Below are positions 1-10,092 of a stretch of DNA of 64,000 bases, in pieces. The position numbers and the translations under genes are program-made. This DNA is from Elusimicrobiota bacterium (GTDB lineage: Bacteria; Elusimicrobiota; Elusimicrobia; FEN-1173): positions 37,269 to 101,268 of the forward strand of contig JADJZR010000004.1 in NCBI GenBank assembly GCA_016715645.1, read 5' to 3'. Positions within the stretch are counted from its first letter, which is position 1. The number at the start of each line of letters is the position of its first letter. A model generated the notes under the pieces. The model searched no databases, was not told the origin of the DNA, and saw nothing but the letters and a program-made list of their open reading frames with translations.

Positions 1-1101
1 CGGCCGGTTCGTGACCGAGCCGTTCGTTGACCGCTCGGAACCGGTCCAGATCGACATAGATCACGGCCAAAATATAGCCGGGTTGGCGTTTAATCCGGTC
101 GATCACGTTGGTGAGCCGGTCCATAAACAGAGCGCGGTTGGCCAAGCCGGTGACCTTGTCGTGGAACCCTTCGTGGCGAAGGCGCTCTTCGGCTTCTTTG
201 CGGGACGTGATGTCGGTTTGCGATCCGACGACCCGGTACGGCGCGCCGGACGCGTCTCGAACCATCAAGCCCCGGGTGGAGACCCATCGGTACCCGTTGT
301 CACGGTGGCGGATGCGGTATTGAATTTCCAGCGTGTCGTGGCCTTCGCGGCCCAAATGGTCGAACGACTGCAACACCAGCTCCGCGTCGTCCGGATGAAT
401 GCGGTCCCACCAGGCTTTGGGATGGTTTTCAAACTCCGTTTCAGCGAACCCCAGGATGCTTTTCCATCGGGGCGAGAAAAAATACGGTCGCTGGGCAGAT
501 GCCAGTCAAACAATCCGTCGTTGGCGGCTTGCGCGGCGATGGCGTAACGCTCTTCCGAGGATTTCAATGCGTCCAAGGCGTTGCGGCGGGCGGTGATGTC
601 GCGGGCGATCAAAACGGCCTGATCGTCAACGGCCGAACGCAGACGGGCTTCGTAAAACAGCATTCCCCGCGTTCCCAAAAAGCCGAATTCCAACGAGCCC
701 GTTTCGCGCGTGCGACGCGCGTGGGTCAACGCTTCGTGCAAGCGACGACCAATGTCGGAGTTGGGAAACTCGGCGAGGGTTTTTCCGATCCATTCCCACG
801 CGGGCCGGCCCAGTTCGTCCAGGGCCGTCCCGCTGGTTTCCAGAATGAGTCCCTGTTGATCAATGACCAGAAAAATATCGGGAAACGCTTCGAAGACAGC
901 GCGCAGGTGCGAGGCGGTCCGCGCCATTTGAAGCGCGTTAGCGTGAAGGGAGTTCTGGAGGGATCGGCGGACTTCTTCGTCTTTCCACAGCGCGTCGTTG
1001 ACGGCCCGAACCCACCGGCGAAACAAGAGAGTCATCGCGCCGGTGGGGCCTCGGAAAAAGTTTCTGTATTGCGCTTTAAGCCGATCGTGAAGTTTGACCA
1101 C
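1..1101 (-). CDS. PAS-PAS-GGDEF diguanylate cyclase, 3' end outside window; apparent -1 frameshift at the T6/A6 run near 477-482
   Basis: ORF 265..1101 translates to two PAS-like blocks (DGLFDWHLPSDRIF...). After the run at 477-482 an alternative frame continues the PAS consensus (FSPRWKSILGF...IQYRIRHRDNGYRWV) and the start of a GGDEF domain (GLANRALFMDRLTNVIDR...YVDLDRF). Restoring one T would join the two frames. Confidence 0.75.
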
Positions 1102-1265
1102 GGTCCCGTCCTTGGTTGTCTATCCTTACACATATAGCCCCCCAAAGCTTCAAAATCAACCCCCCCCAACGGTTGGGAATGGGGCCGCCGGTGCTGGTTT
1201 TCCGCGGTCGGCGATGGGCGTTCGCTTTTGGTAAAATCGAGGTCACTTTCAGGGGAGGCCGATCC

Positions 1266-2021
1266 ATGACCGTTTCGCCCGCTTTGTTGGAAACGCTGAA
1301 ATCCATCGACGATGTCAAAGTGTTCTTAAAAACTCTTCACGATCATTTCGGCGATCGGATGGCCATCGCCACCAGCGGCCAATTGACGGGAGAAGTCATT
1401 TTGGATCTGTGCGTGAAGGCGGGTTTCAAGCCCCGGGTTTACACGGTGGACACGAAACGTCTTTTTCCGGAAACCCTGGCCCTCTTCGATGCGGTGGAAA
1501 AAAAATACGGGATAAAAATCGAGCGTTATTATCCGGATCCCGCCGAGCTCAAGACCCTGGTCGAAGAGAACGGGGAATACCTGTTCTTTGATTCGAAAGA
1601 GAAACAGGAATTGTGTTGCCGGGTTCGAAAAGTATTGCCCAACGAACGGGTGTTGCGGACCTTGGACGTGTGGGTGACGGGGTTGACGGCGGACCAGTCC
1701 GCCAGCCGCCAGAAAATGCCCCGGGCCGAAATTATTGAGCGCGTGGAAGACGGGAAGAAACGATCTCTTTTGAAAGTGTCGCCGTTGGTCGATTGGCCCG
1801 AATCCAAGGTGAGGGAGTATGCCAACGCCAACGGCGTGCCCGTGAACCCCCTGATGAACCGGGAATTTCCAGGCGGGTGGCGCTACGAATCGTTGGGATG
1901 CGTGATCTGCACGACCCCCATCGGTCCGTTCGAATCCCGTCGAGCGGGTCGCTGGCGGTGGTTGAACCAAGACGCATCGAAAGAATGCGGTCTGCACCTG
2001 CCGCCGCCGACCCATGGTTGA
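1266..2021 (+). CDS. cysH: adenylyl-sulfate / phosphoadenylyl-sulfate reductase (thioredoxin-dependent; CC and CxxC Fe-S type)
   Basis: Translation carries a PAPS_reduct core, an ELCC pair, a GCVIC motif and the C-terminal KECGLH signature. ATG at 1266 is preceded by a GGGGAGG RBS. The upstream part of ORF 1116.. shows no homology-like signal. Confidence 0.85.
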   Translation: MTVSPALLETLKSIDDVKVFLKTLHDHFGDRMAIATSGQLTGEVILDLCVKAGFKPRVYTVDTKRLFPETLALFDAVEKKYGIKIERYYPDPAELKTLVEENGEYLFFDSKEKQELCCRVRKVLPNERVLRTLDVWVTGLTADQSASRQKMPRAEIIERVEDGKKRSLLKVSPLVDWPESKVREYANANGVPVNPLMNREFPGGWRYESLGCVICTTPIGPFESRRAGRWRWLNQDASKECGLHLPPPTHG

Positions 2022-2826
2022 GACCGGCGAATTGTTGGATGTCGCCCGGGAGGCCGCGTTTGCCGCGGGGCGGCGCGTGATGGAGGTTTTGCGTTCAACG
2101 GTTGAAACGGCCCGCAAAGCGGACCATTCGTTGGTCACCAACGCCGACCATGAGGCGAACACGGTGATTTTAACGGCACTGCGCCGGTCTTTTCCGGAAC
2201 ACGGGATATTGAGCGAGGAAACCGGACGGGAAGGTCCGGTCTCGGCCGAGTATGTGTGGGTGGTGGATCCTCTCGACGGAACCCGGGCGTTCGTCCGCGG
2301 TTTGGCGGGGTTCAGCGTTCATGTGGGCCTTCTCAAGGAGGGGCGTCCCCACGCGGGGGTGGTGTTCGACCCTGTGGCGCAAACCTGTTTTGAGGCGCAA
2401 CGGGGTCAGGGAGCTTTTTTAGTGGGGCCGGGCCGGCGGGTTCCACTTCGCGTGTCATCGCGGGCCGATTGGTTGGCCATGCCCGTTATCACCTCCAAGG
2501 GGTTCCCCCCGGACCTTCGCCGAAGCCTGGAACAAAAGTGCGGTTTGTCCTTTTTAGAGCCCATTAACAGCGTGGGCGTGAAGGTGGGGTATATGGTTCG
2601 GCGGTTGGCGGACATTTACTTAAACCATCATCCGGTCCGGTATTGGGACACCTGTGCGCCCCTGGTGATCCTGGAAGAAGCCGGGGGGCGCATGACCCAT
2701 TGGGACGGCACGCCGCTTTCCTTTGCAGCGGCGGAAGGCAACGCTCATCCGCACCCAACAGTCGCCACAAACGGTGTGCGCCACGAGGAATTGGTGTCGT
2801 TGTTGGCGTCTTTTCCGAAACCGTGA
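2014..2826 (+). CDS. cysQ: 3'(2'),5'-bisphosphate nucleotidase / inositol-monophosphatase family
   Basis: Carries the WVVDPLDGT motif and IMPase-family architecture. It lies immediately downstream of cysH and overlaps it by 8 nt, consistent with PAP removal. Confidence 0.8.
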   Translation: MVETGELLDVAREAAFAAGRRVMEVLRSTVETARKADHSLVTNADHEANTVILTALRRSFPEHGILSEETGREGPVSAEYVWVVDPLDGTRAFVRGLAGFSVHVGLLKEGRPHAGVVFDPVAQTCFEAQRGQGAFLVGPGRRVPLRVSSRADWLAMPVITSKGFPPDLRRSLEQKCGLSFLEPINSVGVKVGYMVRRLADIYLNHHPVRYWDTCAPLVILEEAGGRMTHWDGTPLSFAAAEGNAHPHPTVATNGVRHEELVSLLASFPKP

Positions 2827-3416
2827 AAACGAAACCGTTGGATCTGCGGCGGTTGACCGAACGGGACCTGGTGTCGCGGTTGGCCGACGACAACAACGAT
2901 CTTCGATGGGCGTCGTTTCAGGAGTTGTGTTCCCGGGCCGAAAAAAGGGGTTGGGAAGCTTACGGTCTCATGACCCAAGATACGGAACTCGCTCGTTTGT
3001 TCGTGTCGCCCAAAGACCCGTTCGATGCCGTGGGAGCCCTGGTGGGGTTGTCGACCTACGATCGGATTCGAACCGCGTGGCCAGACGCGGTGGAACGAAA
3101 AATTGAAAACGGCGGCCGGGAGTTGACCATCGATTTCCGCCATCGGCGGTTGGACGTGGTGTGTTTGGGCGAAACGCCCTGGCCCGTTCAGGGCGAAACA
3201 CCGGAAGGGCAGGAAGGGTTGGGCGAGGTGGAGTTTTGTGTCACCGACGTGTCCGCGTTTTCGGCCCGTGTGGGCCAGTTAAAAGGAGATTTACGGGGAC
3301 GGTTAATTTTGTTGCCGGGTTCGGAGGGGGCGGCGTTGCACACGAGGTTTCTGTTGGCCCATGTCCCCGGGCCCCGGGGAACCCGGACAGTGCTGGTTCA
3401 GCTAGTCCAAGGATAA
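2823..3416 (+). CDS. hypothetical protein, possible VOC/glyoxalase-like C-terminal half
   Basis: GTG at 2823 overlaps the cysQ stop. GC3-rich coding frame. No confident family assignment from sequence alone. Confidence 0.35.
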   Translation: MKTKPLDLRRLTERDLVSRLADDNNDLRWASFQELCSRAEKRGWEAYGLMTQDTELARLFVSPKDPFDAVGALVGLSTYDRIRTAWPDAVERKIENGGRELTIDFRHRRLDVVCLGETPWPVQGETPEGQEGLGEVEFCVTDVSAFSARVGQLKGDLRGRLILLPGSEGAALHTRFLLAHVPGPRGTRTVLVQLVQG

Positions 3417-3439
3417 ATCCCCCGACTTGGGTGGGGCGG

Positions 3440-5452
3440 CTACGCCATGGTTTCCGGGTCCACGTCGAGGTGAAGGGTTGTTCCTGCGGGCGGGGTGAAA
3501 GAACGGGCCAGACGGATCCAATGATCCATGGCGGAAAGCGGGGCTTTGATCACGGCTTGCCACTGGGCCCATCCCGCCTTCATTCGATGAAACGCCGGCG
3601 CCGGGCCCAACACGTCTCCTTCCACGGCGGGAACGTGCGATTGCATCCAACGAACAAATTGTTCCGCCGCGGATTCCGCGCCGCTCTCGGCGCGGGCGCG
3701 CACCACGGCATGGACCACCCGAGTGAACGGGGGATAGGCGGCTTCCCGTCGATAACTCAATTCGTGCTGGGCAAAAGATTCGTAGTTGCGTTCCAGAACG
3801 GCTTGAAGCGCGTAATGGTCCGGACTGGATGTTTGGATGATGACTTCCCCGGGCCGGTCGGACCGGCCCGCGCGGCCGGCCACTTGCATCAGCAACTGAA
3901 AGGTCCGTTCGGCCGCGCGAAAGTCCGGAAACGACAGGGACCGATCCGCGTCTAAAACACCCACCAAAGTTAAATTGGGAAAATCGTGGCCCTGGGCGAT
4001 CATTTGGGTCCCCACGATGATGTCGATTTTTCCGCTGAGAGCGTCGCGGTAAGCCTGTTCGTGGCCCTGACGGCCGCGGACCGCGTCGCGGTCCCACCGA
4101 AACAGGCGCGCGGATGGAAACAGAGCGGTCAGGTCGGCCGCTACCCGCTGGGTGCCCCGGCCCGACATTTTCAAAACTTCGCCACGGCATTTGGGGCATT
4201 TTTCCGACAGCGGTTCCCGGTGGTCGCAGGTGTGACAATGAAGAAACGGGCCCGCCTTCTCCCGATGGAGAACCAGGCTCACGTGGCACGCGGGGCATCT
4301 CGCCACCCATCCGCAGGCGCGGCATTCCACGTGGGTGCTGTAGCCGCGACGGTTTAAAAATAGCATGGATTGTTCTCCCCGAACCAACCGTTCCCTCACG
4401 GCGTTCACCAACACATCGGAAAAATACCAGCCCTCTTTTCGCCGGTCGACCAGCCGAACGGAAGGAAACGGTCGGTTTTCCACCCGTTGGGTAAGAACCA
4501 AACGGTCGATTTCCCCCGCCTGGGCCCGGGCGTGGGTTTCCAAAGACGGGGTGGCGCTTCCCAACAACAAAACGGCGCCGTGCAGCCGGGCTTTTTCTTC
4601 GGCGGTGTCGCGGGCGTGATAGTGGGGTGTGTTGTCTTGTTTGTAAGAGGGATCGTGTTCTTCGTCGATCACGATCAGGCCCAGGGGTGTCACGGGCAAA
4701 AACAGAGCTGAGCGGGGGCCCACCACCACCCGGGCCTCGCCCGACCGCACCCGTTGCCACACGCGCCACCGGTCGCCGAGGGCCATTTCGCTGTGCCACA
4801 CTTCCAGAGAGTCACCAAACCATCCACGCAGGCGGTCTTCCATTTGGGGGGTTAACCCAATTTCGGGCACCAACAACAGGGCGCCTTTCCCGGCGTCGAG
4901 GGCGGCGGTGATGGCTCGACGGTAAATTTCTGTTTTTCCCGACGCGGCCACGCCCTGTACCAACACGCGGCGGTGGACGTTTGCGGCCAGGGCGGGAAGA
5001 ATGAGATCCAGCGCCGCTGTTTGGCCCGCGGTGGGCTCAAACGGCGTGGGTGTTTCCCGGGTGCGGACGGGTTCTTTGGCCGGTCGTTGGGGCGGTTTGC
5101 GTTGGCCCAGGGGGAAAACCGTGAACAGCGCTTCGCCGGGCGAACAGGAGTAACGTCGACTCATCCAATGGGCCAAGGCCATGTCCCGGGGCTCCAAAAC
5201 CGGGTCGGGTTCCACGCAAGCGGCGATGTCTTTCAGTTTCGTCGTCGGCAACCCGCCGGCTTCGGGTTCGTGCAAACGGGCCACGACGCCCATTCGACGG
5301 GTTCCCTTGCCAAAAGGCGCCCAGACGCGATGACCCACTCGCACGAAGCCTTGCAAGTCGAGGGGAATGCGGTAATCGAAAAAACGGTCCAGGGGAACCG
5401 CAAACGCCACTTCGGCCAGCCGCGTGTCCAAATTATTTGTCGAGTTCGGCAC
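3440..5452 (-). CDS. priA: primosomal protein N' (replication restart helicase PriA)
   Basis: 670 aa with a Walker A GKT, a DEEH box, Cys-rich zinc-binding CxxC motifs and PriA-type 3' DNA-binding N-terminus. Confidence 0.9.
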   Translation of the reverse strand: MPNSTNNLDTRLAEVAFAVPLDRFFDYRIPLDLQGFVRVGHRVWAPFGKGTRRMGVVARLHEPEAGGLPTTKLKDIAACVEPDPVLEPRDMALAHWMSRRYSCSPGEALFTVFPLGQRKPPQRPAKEPVRTRETPTPFEPTAGQTAALDLILPALAANVHRRVLVQGVAASGKTEIYRRAITAALDAGKGALLLVPEIGLTPQMEDRLRGWFGDSLEVWHSEMALGDRWRVWQRVRSGEARVVVGPRSALFLPVTPLGLIVIDEEHDPSYKQDNTPHYHARDTAEEKARLHGAVLLLGSATPSLETHARAQAGEIDRLVLTQRVENRPFPSVRLVDRRKEGWYFSDVLVNAVRERLVRGEQSMLFLNRRGYSTHVECRACGWVARCPACHVSLVLHREKAGPFLHCHTCDHREPLSEKCPKCRGEVLKMSGRGTQRVAADLTALFPSARLFRWDRDAVRGRQGHEQAYRDALSGKIDIIVGTQMIAQGHDFPNLTLVGVLDADRSLSFPDFRAAERTFQLLMQVAGRAGRSDRPGEVIIQTSSPDHYALQAVLERNYESFAQHELSYRREAAYPPFTRVVHAVVRARAESGAESAAEQFVRWMQSHVPAVEGDVLGPAPAFHRMKAGWAQWQAVIKAPLSAMDHWIRLARSFTPPAGTTLHLDVDPETMA

Positions 5453-6245
5453 GAAGACTTTTCATGTCTTCCCAGACATCCTTTTTTAAGGACGGGTTGC
5501 GCAAAAGGGCCGCCGGATGATACGTGGGCAATAGTCGTGCGGTCAAACCGTCGATGCGGAAATCCACCCAACGGCCCCGAAATTTTGAAATGCCTTCCTC
5601 GGTTTTTAACAGGGCGCGGCCCGCCGTGTTGCCCAGTGTCACCAAAAACAACGGTTGAATGATGCGCAACTGGGCGAAAAGGAAGGGGGAACACACGTCC
5701 ATTTCCTCGGGCGTTGGCGGACGGTCGTTGCTCCGTTTGGTGTTGTCGGACGGATCGATCATGGGATGGCATTTGACCATGTTGGCGATGAAAACCCAGT
5801 TGACCGGTGGGTTCACGGGACCGCGCGATAAACCGGTGGCCGTCAGAATTTTGTCCAGCAGTTGGCCGGCGGGGCCCACGAAGGGTTCCCCTTGGCGATC
5901 TTCGGCATAGCCTGGTCCTTCCCCGATGAACACCACTTTGGCGTCGGGGTTGCCCACGCCAAACGCCAGGCGAATTCGCGACGCCCCCAACGGACATCGT
6001 TGACAATCGCCGATGTGATTTTGTAACCGGACCAACCGATCCGATTTCGAAAGGGATGGGTCGTCCACAAAAGCGTCGAGAACATTCGTCGGCGCCGCCG
6101 CGGCGGGGGGGAGAGAAGTGAGCCGCTCCGGCGGCTTATTCGAGGTGGGGGAGGTCCCCTTCCCGGACAGATACCGGGAACGTTTTTCAGCGACGGTTCG
6201 ACGGACAGCGGAGGTGAGCGCGGCCAACTCTTCTCTATTCGTCAT
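5433..6245 (-). CDS. uracil-DNA glycosylase, family 4 (4Fe-4S type)
   Basis: Contains the GEGPGxxEDxxGxPFVGxAGQLL motif and a CxxC...C signature typical of family 4 UDG, with a ~70 aa N-terminal extension. Confidence 0.85.
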   Translation of the reverse strand: MTNREELAALTSAVRRTVAEKRSRYLSGKGTSPTSNKPPERLTSLPPAAAAPTNVLDAFVDDPSLSKSDRLVRLQNHIGDCQRCPLGASRIRLAFGVGNPDAKVVFIGEGPGYAEDRQGEPFVGPAGQLLDKILTATGLSRGPVNPPVNWVFIANMVKCHPMIDPSDNTKRSNDRPPTPEEMDVCSPFLFAQLRIIQPLFLVTLGNTAGRALLKTEEGISKFRGRWVDFRIDGLTARLLPTYHPAALLRNPSLKKDVWEDMKSLRAELDK

Positions 6246-6888
6246 GGGATCGGATCATCTCCAGAAGGTTCGTTAAAACAAGGTCTGCCAAATTTTTTTT
6301 GTCTCCGGAAAACCGGTGGGGGGGTCGGCCTGCCTGAATTAAAATCGCCCGTGACCGAACCGCTCCCAGCGCGCGGGGGGAATTGGCCACAACCAGGTCC
6401 AAATTTTTTCCGCGCATTTTTTTCCGGGCGTTGGCCAAAAGATTATCGGATTCCAGGGCAAACCCCGCCAGTCGGGGAAACGCGCCCCGCCGTTCTTTTG
6501 ATAACGTGGCCAAAATATCGGGATTCGCCACCAACCGGATAACCGGTGCGCCGGGCCTCTTTTTCAATTTTGACCGAGAAACCGTTTGCGGACGCCAGTC
6601 GGCGACGGCCGCCGAACCAATGACGGCGTGGGCGCGACGGGCCGCTTTGCGCGTGGCGGCCAACATGTCCCGGGCGCTGACGACCCGAACCACCTGGACC
6701 CCTTTGGGATCCGGTAAATTCGTGGGACCCGCCACCAGGGTCACCCGTGCGCCTCGTTGGTGTGCGGCGGTGGCCAGAGCCCAGCCCATTCGCCCCGACG
6801 ACTCGTTGGAGAGATATCGCACAGGGTCCAATTTTTCCCGCGTGGGCCCCGCGGTGATGACCAGACGTCGGAAACTCCAGTCCTTCAC
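6235..6888 (-). CDS. coaB: phosphopantothenate-cysteine ligase domain (CoaB part of CoaBC)
   Basis: Motif LVITAGPTREKLDPVRYLSNESSGRMG. GTG start at 6888 lies three codons after the in-frame TAA that ends the CoaC domain. Confidence 0.8.
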   Translation of the reverse strand: MKDWSFRRLVITAGPTREKLDPVRYLSNESSGRMGWALATAAHQRGARVTLVAGPTNLPDPKGVQVVRVVSARDMLAATRKAARRAHAVIGSAAVADWRPQTVSRSKLKKRPGAPVIRLVANPDILATLSKERRGAFPRLAGFALESDNLLANARKKMRGKNLDLVVANSPRALGAVRSRAILIQAGRPPHRFSGDKKNLADLVLTNLLEMIRSHDE

Positions 6889-6897
6889 GATGGAGTG

Positions 6898-7440
6898 TTA
6901 CAGCGATCGGCTTAACGCGTCGACAATCGATTCCGGGTCCGCCATTCGGCCAAGACCTTGATCGCCGCTGGCCAGGGGACCCCGTTCAGGGCCCACCAAT
7001 CGGTATCCAAACCCACGAACCGTTTCGACGTTGCGTTGGGTGGCTGGGTGGGTCCACATGGGTTCGTGCATGGCGGGAGCCAAAATCACCGGCGCCCGGC
7101 TGGCCAAAATCAGGGAGGTCAGGAGGTCGTCGGCCGACCCGGCCGCGAGCCGGGCCAAGAGGTTGGCCGACGCCGGGGCGACCAAGATTGCCGCCGCGTT
7201 TTTGGCCAAGTCCAGATGGGGCATGGACCCCGATGGGAGGTCGAAAGGATCTGTGAGAGCCGGTCGGCCCGTGAGGGCCGTCAGGGTCAGCGGGGTGATA
7301 AACCGTTGCGCACCCGCTGTTAAAACAGCGGTAACCTGGGCGCCGGCCGCGGTTAACCGACGGGCCACGTCGGCCGCTTTGTAAGCGGCGACGCTTCCGG
7401 CCACGCCCAACACAATGTGCCGACCGCGCAACGGGTCCAT
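6898..7440 (-). CDS. coaC: phosphopantothenoylcysteine decarboxylase flavoprotein domain (CoaC part of CoaBC), terminated by an in-frame TAA
   Basis: Translation matches the CoaC domain. The TAA at 6898-6900 is in the same frame as the CoaB ORF and sits 9 nt upstream of it. Confidence 0.8.
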   Translation of the reverse strand: MDPLRGRHIVLGVAGSVAAYKAADVARRLTAAGAQVTAVLTAGAQRFITPLTLTALTGRPALTDPFDLPSGSMPHLDLAKNAAAILVAPASANLLARLAAGSADDLLTSLILASRAPVILAPAMHEPMWTHPATQRNVETVRGFGYRLVGPERGPLASGDQGLGRMADPESIVDALSRSL

Positions 7441-7449
7441 GGGGTCGGT

Positions 7450-7803
7450 TTACTTTTCGGGGGCGGGTTCTTCCGCCGCGGTGTCTTTGTCGTCCGCGGG
7501 AAGATCTTTCAAGCTAATGGTGGGAAAGGTGAACTCCAAATCTTTTTTCTCCACTTTGGGCGGCGGGGGTAGCTTTTCAATTTCGTCCAAAGTGACTTTC
7601 TTCCCCAGAATTTCCCGCAAGGATTGGGCCAAAATCTCTTGTGGGGGCAGGTTGGATTGATCGCGGATTTTGATTTCTTTCGCCCATCGGGTCACGAGCG
7701 AAATCATGCGGTACTTATCGTGAGTCACGGTGAGCAGTAATTGGCTGAGCGGAGCGTCGATGTTCACGGGCGCTTCAACGGCGGCTTCTGTTTTTTTAGT
7801 CAC
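7450..7803 (-). CDS. rpoZ: DNA-directed RNA polymerase subunit omega
   Basis: Motif LLLTVTHDKYRMISLVTRWAKEIK matches the RpoZ consensus. GTG start overlaps the gmk stop (GTGACTAA), giving the classical gmk-rpoZ order. Confidence 0.7.
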   Translation of the reverse strand: MTKKTEAAVEAPVNIDAPLSQLLLTVTHDKYRMISLVTRWAKEIKIRDQSNLPPQEILAQSLREILGKKVTLDEIEKLPPPPKVEKKDLEFTFPTISLKDLPADDKDTAAEEPAPEK

Positions 7804-8431
7804 GGGGTTCTCCTCCTCTTTCAAATCCGAGTTTAGGCAATCCGTCCGGCTCCAGATGAAGCCGGCGAACGCGGCACGATTCGGCCTGAACAACCGACAT
7901 CAAGTCGTCCAGTGCCCGTTCGAGCCGGTCGTTAACCAGCAAATAATCGTAGAAGGGCACCTGAGCCGCTTCCCTGTGGGCGTTGGCCAACCGGCGTTGA
8001 ATGGTGGCTTCGTCGTCCTTGTTTCTCCGTCGCAAGCGTTCTTCCAAGGCTTTCCAGGACGGCGGGGCCACAAAGATCAAGACACAGTCGTAGAACATCT
8101 TTTTAATCGAACGGGCGCCCACGGTGTCGATGTTGAGAAACACATGGTACCCCTGGGCGCGCAAAGACTCGATAGGCCCTTTCGGGGTTCCGTAAAGATG
8201 GCCATGGACCTGGGCCCATTCGAGAAATTCGCCGCGGTCCAACTTTTTTCCAAAATCCGATTCGGTTACAAAATAATAATCCACACCCTCCCGTTCCCCC
8301 TCACGCGGGGGCCGTGTCGTGCACGAAACCGACAAGCGCACATCCCCCCGCCGTTGAGCCAACGCGTGGCAAAGGGTCGATTTCCCAGCACCGGAAGGCG
8401 CCGAAAGGACAAACAGGGTACCAATGGACAT
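7796..8431 (-). CDS. gmk: guanylate kinase
   Basis: P-loop SAPSGAGKSTL and GMP-binding motifs. Start taken at the internal M of ORF 7796..8467. Confidence 0.9.
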   Translation of the reverse strand: MSIGTLFVLSAPSGAGKSTLCHALAQRRGDVRLSVSCTTRPPREGEREGVDYYFVTESDFGKKLDRGEFLEWAQVHGHLYGTPKGPIESLRAQGYHVFLNIDTVGARSIKKMFYDCVLIFVAPPSWKALEERLRRRNKDDEATIQRRLANAHREAAQVPFYDYLLVNDRLERALDDLMSVVQAESCRVRRLHLEPDGLPKLGFERGGEPRD

Positions 8432-8463
8432 GGGGATAAGGTCGTTTGAGCAGGGTGATTGTA

Positions 8464-10092
8464 TCACATTTCCGACGTCTTGATCGGCCTAAATTGATGT
8501 CGAATGCGGTCTCGTTGGGTGCGGCGGTTTAACCAGTGGGCAAGTCCAGCCAGGATGACGATGCCGGGAACGCCAAAATAGCCGGCCATTTTGACCAGAA
8601 ATCGCAGGGGGGCCGACAGGGGTTTTAGGGGTCGGTAAGGAGAGCTTTTGGGTGGAATCGCCAAATCGTGTTTTCCCCGTGTCAATGTTTGGGCCAGGGA
8701 CAGAATGAACAGGGCGTTCCCGTCCGGGTTGGGGACTTGGGGATTGGCAAAAAAAGAGGTGCCCATCACCACCAATTTTATGTTGGGGGCCTGACGGCGG
8801 GGGGAACGAAACGAAACCGTAGAGCCTTCCACCATCACCGCCAGTGCAAAGGGGCCCGTGTCTTTTTCTCGTCCGGCCGCGGCGAAACCTGTGGGCGGGT
8901 CGGACTCCCACTGTTTTTGCAGGCTGGGCGGGTCCACGTTGTAAAGGCCGGGCCAGATCCAACTTTCGGGCGAGGACCGCGCCAACACCGTCCAGCGCAA
9001 GGACGACGAGGGCGCAATCGTCGGCTGAAGCGGGCTGGCGAAAGGAAATCCCAACACATCGATATGCGAGAGGGTCCGGTGGCTCCGGTCCAGGTTGTCG
9101 GACCAAACGAAAGGAAAATATTTGACGAGAAACGATCCGTTGGCCGATCGGATCGCGATATTGCTACACTGGGGGTCCATCACAAAGTCCCGGTCCACCC
9201 GAACCCCGTAATGCTCCAGAAAGGATTCCAAACCCGTCTCTTGAGCCATGGACCGAAAATTTTGGGGAAACACAACCCGGCGGTTCAGCGCCACCACCGT
9301 CGGAATTCCCGACGAAATATAATGGTCCAACACGTCCAACTCTTCTTCCGATAGGGCTGTTTGAGGGCCCAGTAGAAAAATCGCGTCGGGACGCAAGCCG
9401 GGGTCTTCCTTTGACAACCGAGTAGGCTCCACATGGAATTCTTCAAACAACCGGCCCGCGGGCCCCTCTTTAATGTGGTTGGGTGATACTTCGTTGTGGT
9501 TGGAAATGAAGAAAAGGTTTTTTTTGTCCGGTTGAATCAAACTTCGGACACGGCTGGACAATTCGTATTCCAGCGTGTCCACGCTCTTAACGAACGGCAA
9601 CACCTCTTCTTTGTCGTTGTATCGCAAAACGATGCCCATGTGGCCTTCCCGCACTTGATACTGGTCCGACGCCACCTGGGTGAACCGGTCCGGGGCCATG
9701 TGAAGGCGCCGAAACTCTCGGTCCATGTCGTCGGACCCGTCGGGGGCGATCTGTTCCACAGTCCATCGACCGCGGGCGGCCCGTTGGTATTCCGCCAGCA
9801 GGTCGCGCACGAACCGGCCGTGGGTTTCATACGGTTGGGGCAATCCCGGCGTCAAATAAAAACGAACCCGAACAGTGTCCGGCAAAGAGGCGAGCAGTTC
9901 CCGAGTGGAGGGGGACAGCGAATAACGGCGATCTGAGGTCAAATCCCAACGGGCGAAAAAACGATCCCCCCAAAAATTCAAAGCGGCCATCACGACAACC
10001 CCGGCTCCCACCGCTAAGGGGGCCGCCCACCCGCGCCTTCGCGTTGTGCCCGGGGAGGTCAACGGCTTCTCCACGCCCGCAACCGAACCCAT
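8464..10092 (-). CDS. GldG-like auxiliary component of an ABC-2 transport system
   Basis: 542 aa, N- and C-terminal TM anchors and a Gldg-family architecture, located downstream of an ABC-2 ATPase and permease. Confidence 0.65.
   Translation of the reverse strand: MGSVAGVEKPLTSPGTTRRRGWAAPLAVGAGVVVMAALNFWGDRFFARWDLTSDRRYSLSPSTRELLASLPDTVRVRFYLTPGLPQPYETHGRFVRDLLAEYQRAARGRWTVEQIAPDGSDDMDREFRRLHMAPDRFTQVASDQYQVREGHMGIVLRYNDKEEVLPFVKSVDTLEYELSSRVRSLIQPDKKNLFFISNHNEVSPNHIKEGPAGRLFEEFHVEPTRLSKEDPGLRPDAIFLLGPQTALSEEELDVLDHYISSGIPTVVALNRRVVFPQNFRSMAQETGLESFLEHYGVRVDRDFVMDPQCSNIAIRSANGSFLVKYFPFVWSDNLDRSHRTLSHIDVLGFPFASPLQPTIAPSSSLRWTVLARSSPESWIWPGLYNVDPPSLQKQWESDPPTGFAAAGREKDTGPFALAVMVEGSTVSFRSPRRQAPNIKLVVMGTSFFANPQVPNPDGNALFILSLAQTLTRGKHDLAIPPKSSPYRPLKPLSAPLRFLVKMAGYFGVPGIVILAGLAHWLNRRTQRDRIRHQFRPIKTSEM

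Noticed and set aside
1116-1265. N-terminal 50-aa extension of the cysH ORF (start at 1116).
   Set aside because: No homology-like signal in the extension, whereas the ATG at 1266 has a good RBS and gives a canonical-length CysH.
3402-4799. Long alternative-frame ORFs, including 3402..4799(-) 465 aa, 3161..3955(+), 50858..52168(+) 436 aa, 25141..25968(-), 26758..27819(-), 20747..21559(-), 61564..62388(-), 40547..41425(-), 63344..64000(-).
   Set aside because: All lie inside or antisense to strongly supported genes (priA, ppk, metH, glgP, nrdJ, aspA, GGDEF). Their translations are Arg/Pro/Gly-rich low-complexity sequences typical of spurious ORFs in high-GC DNA.
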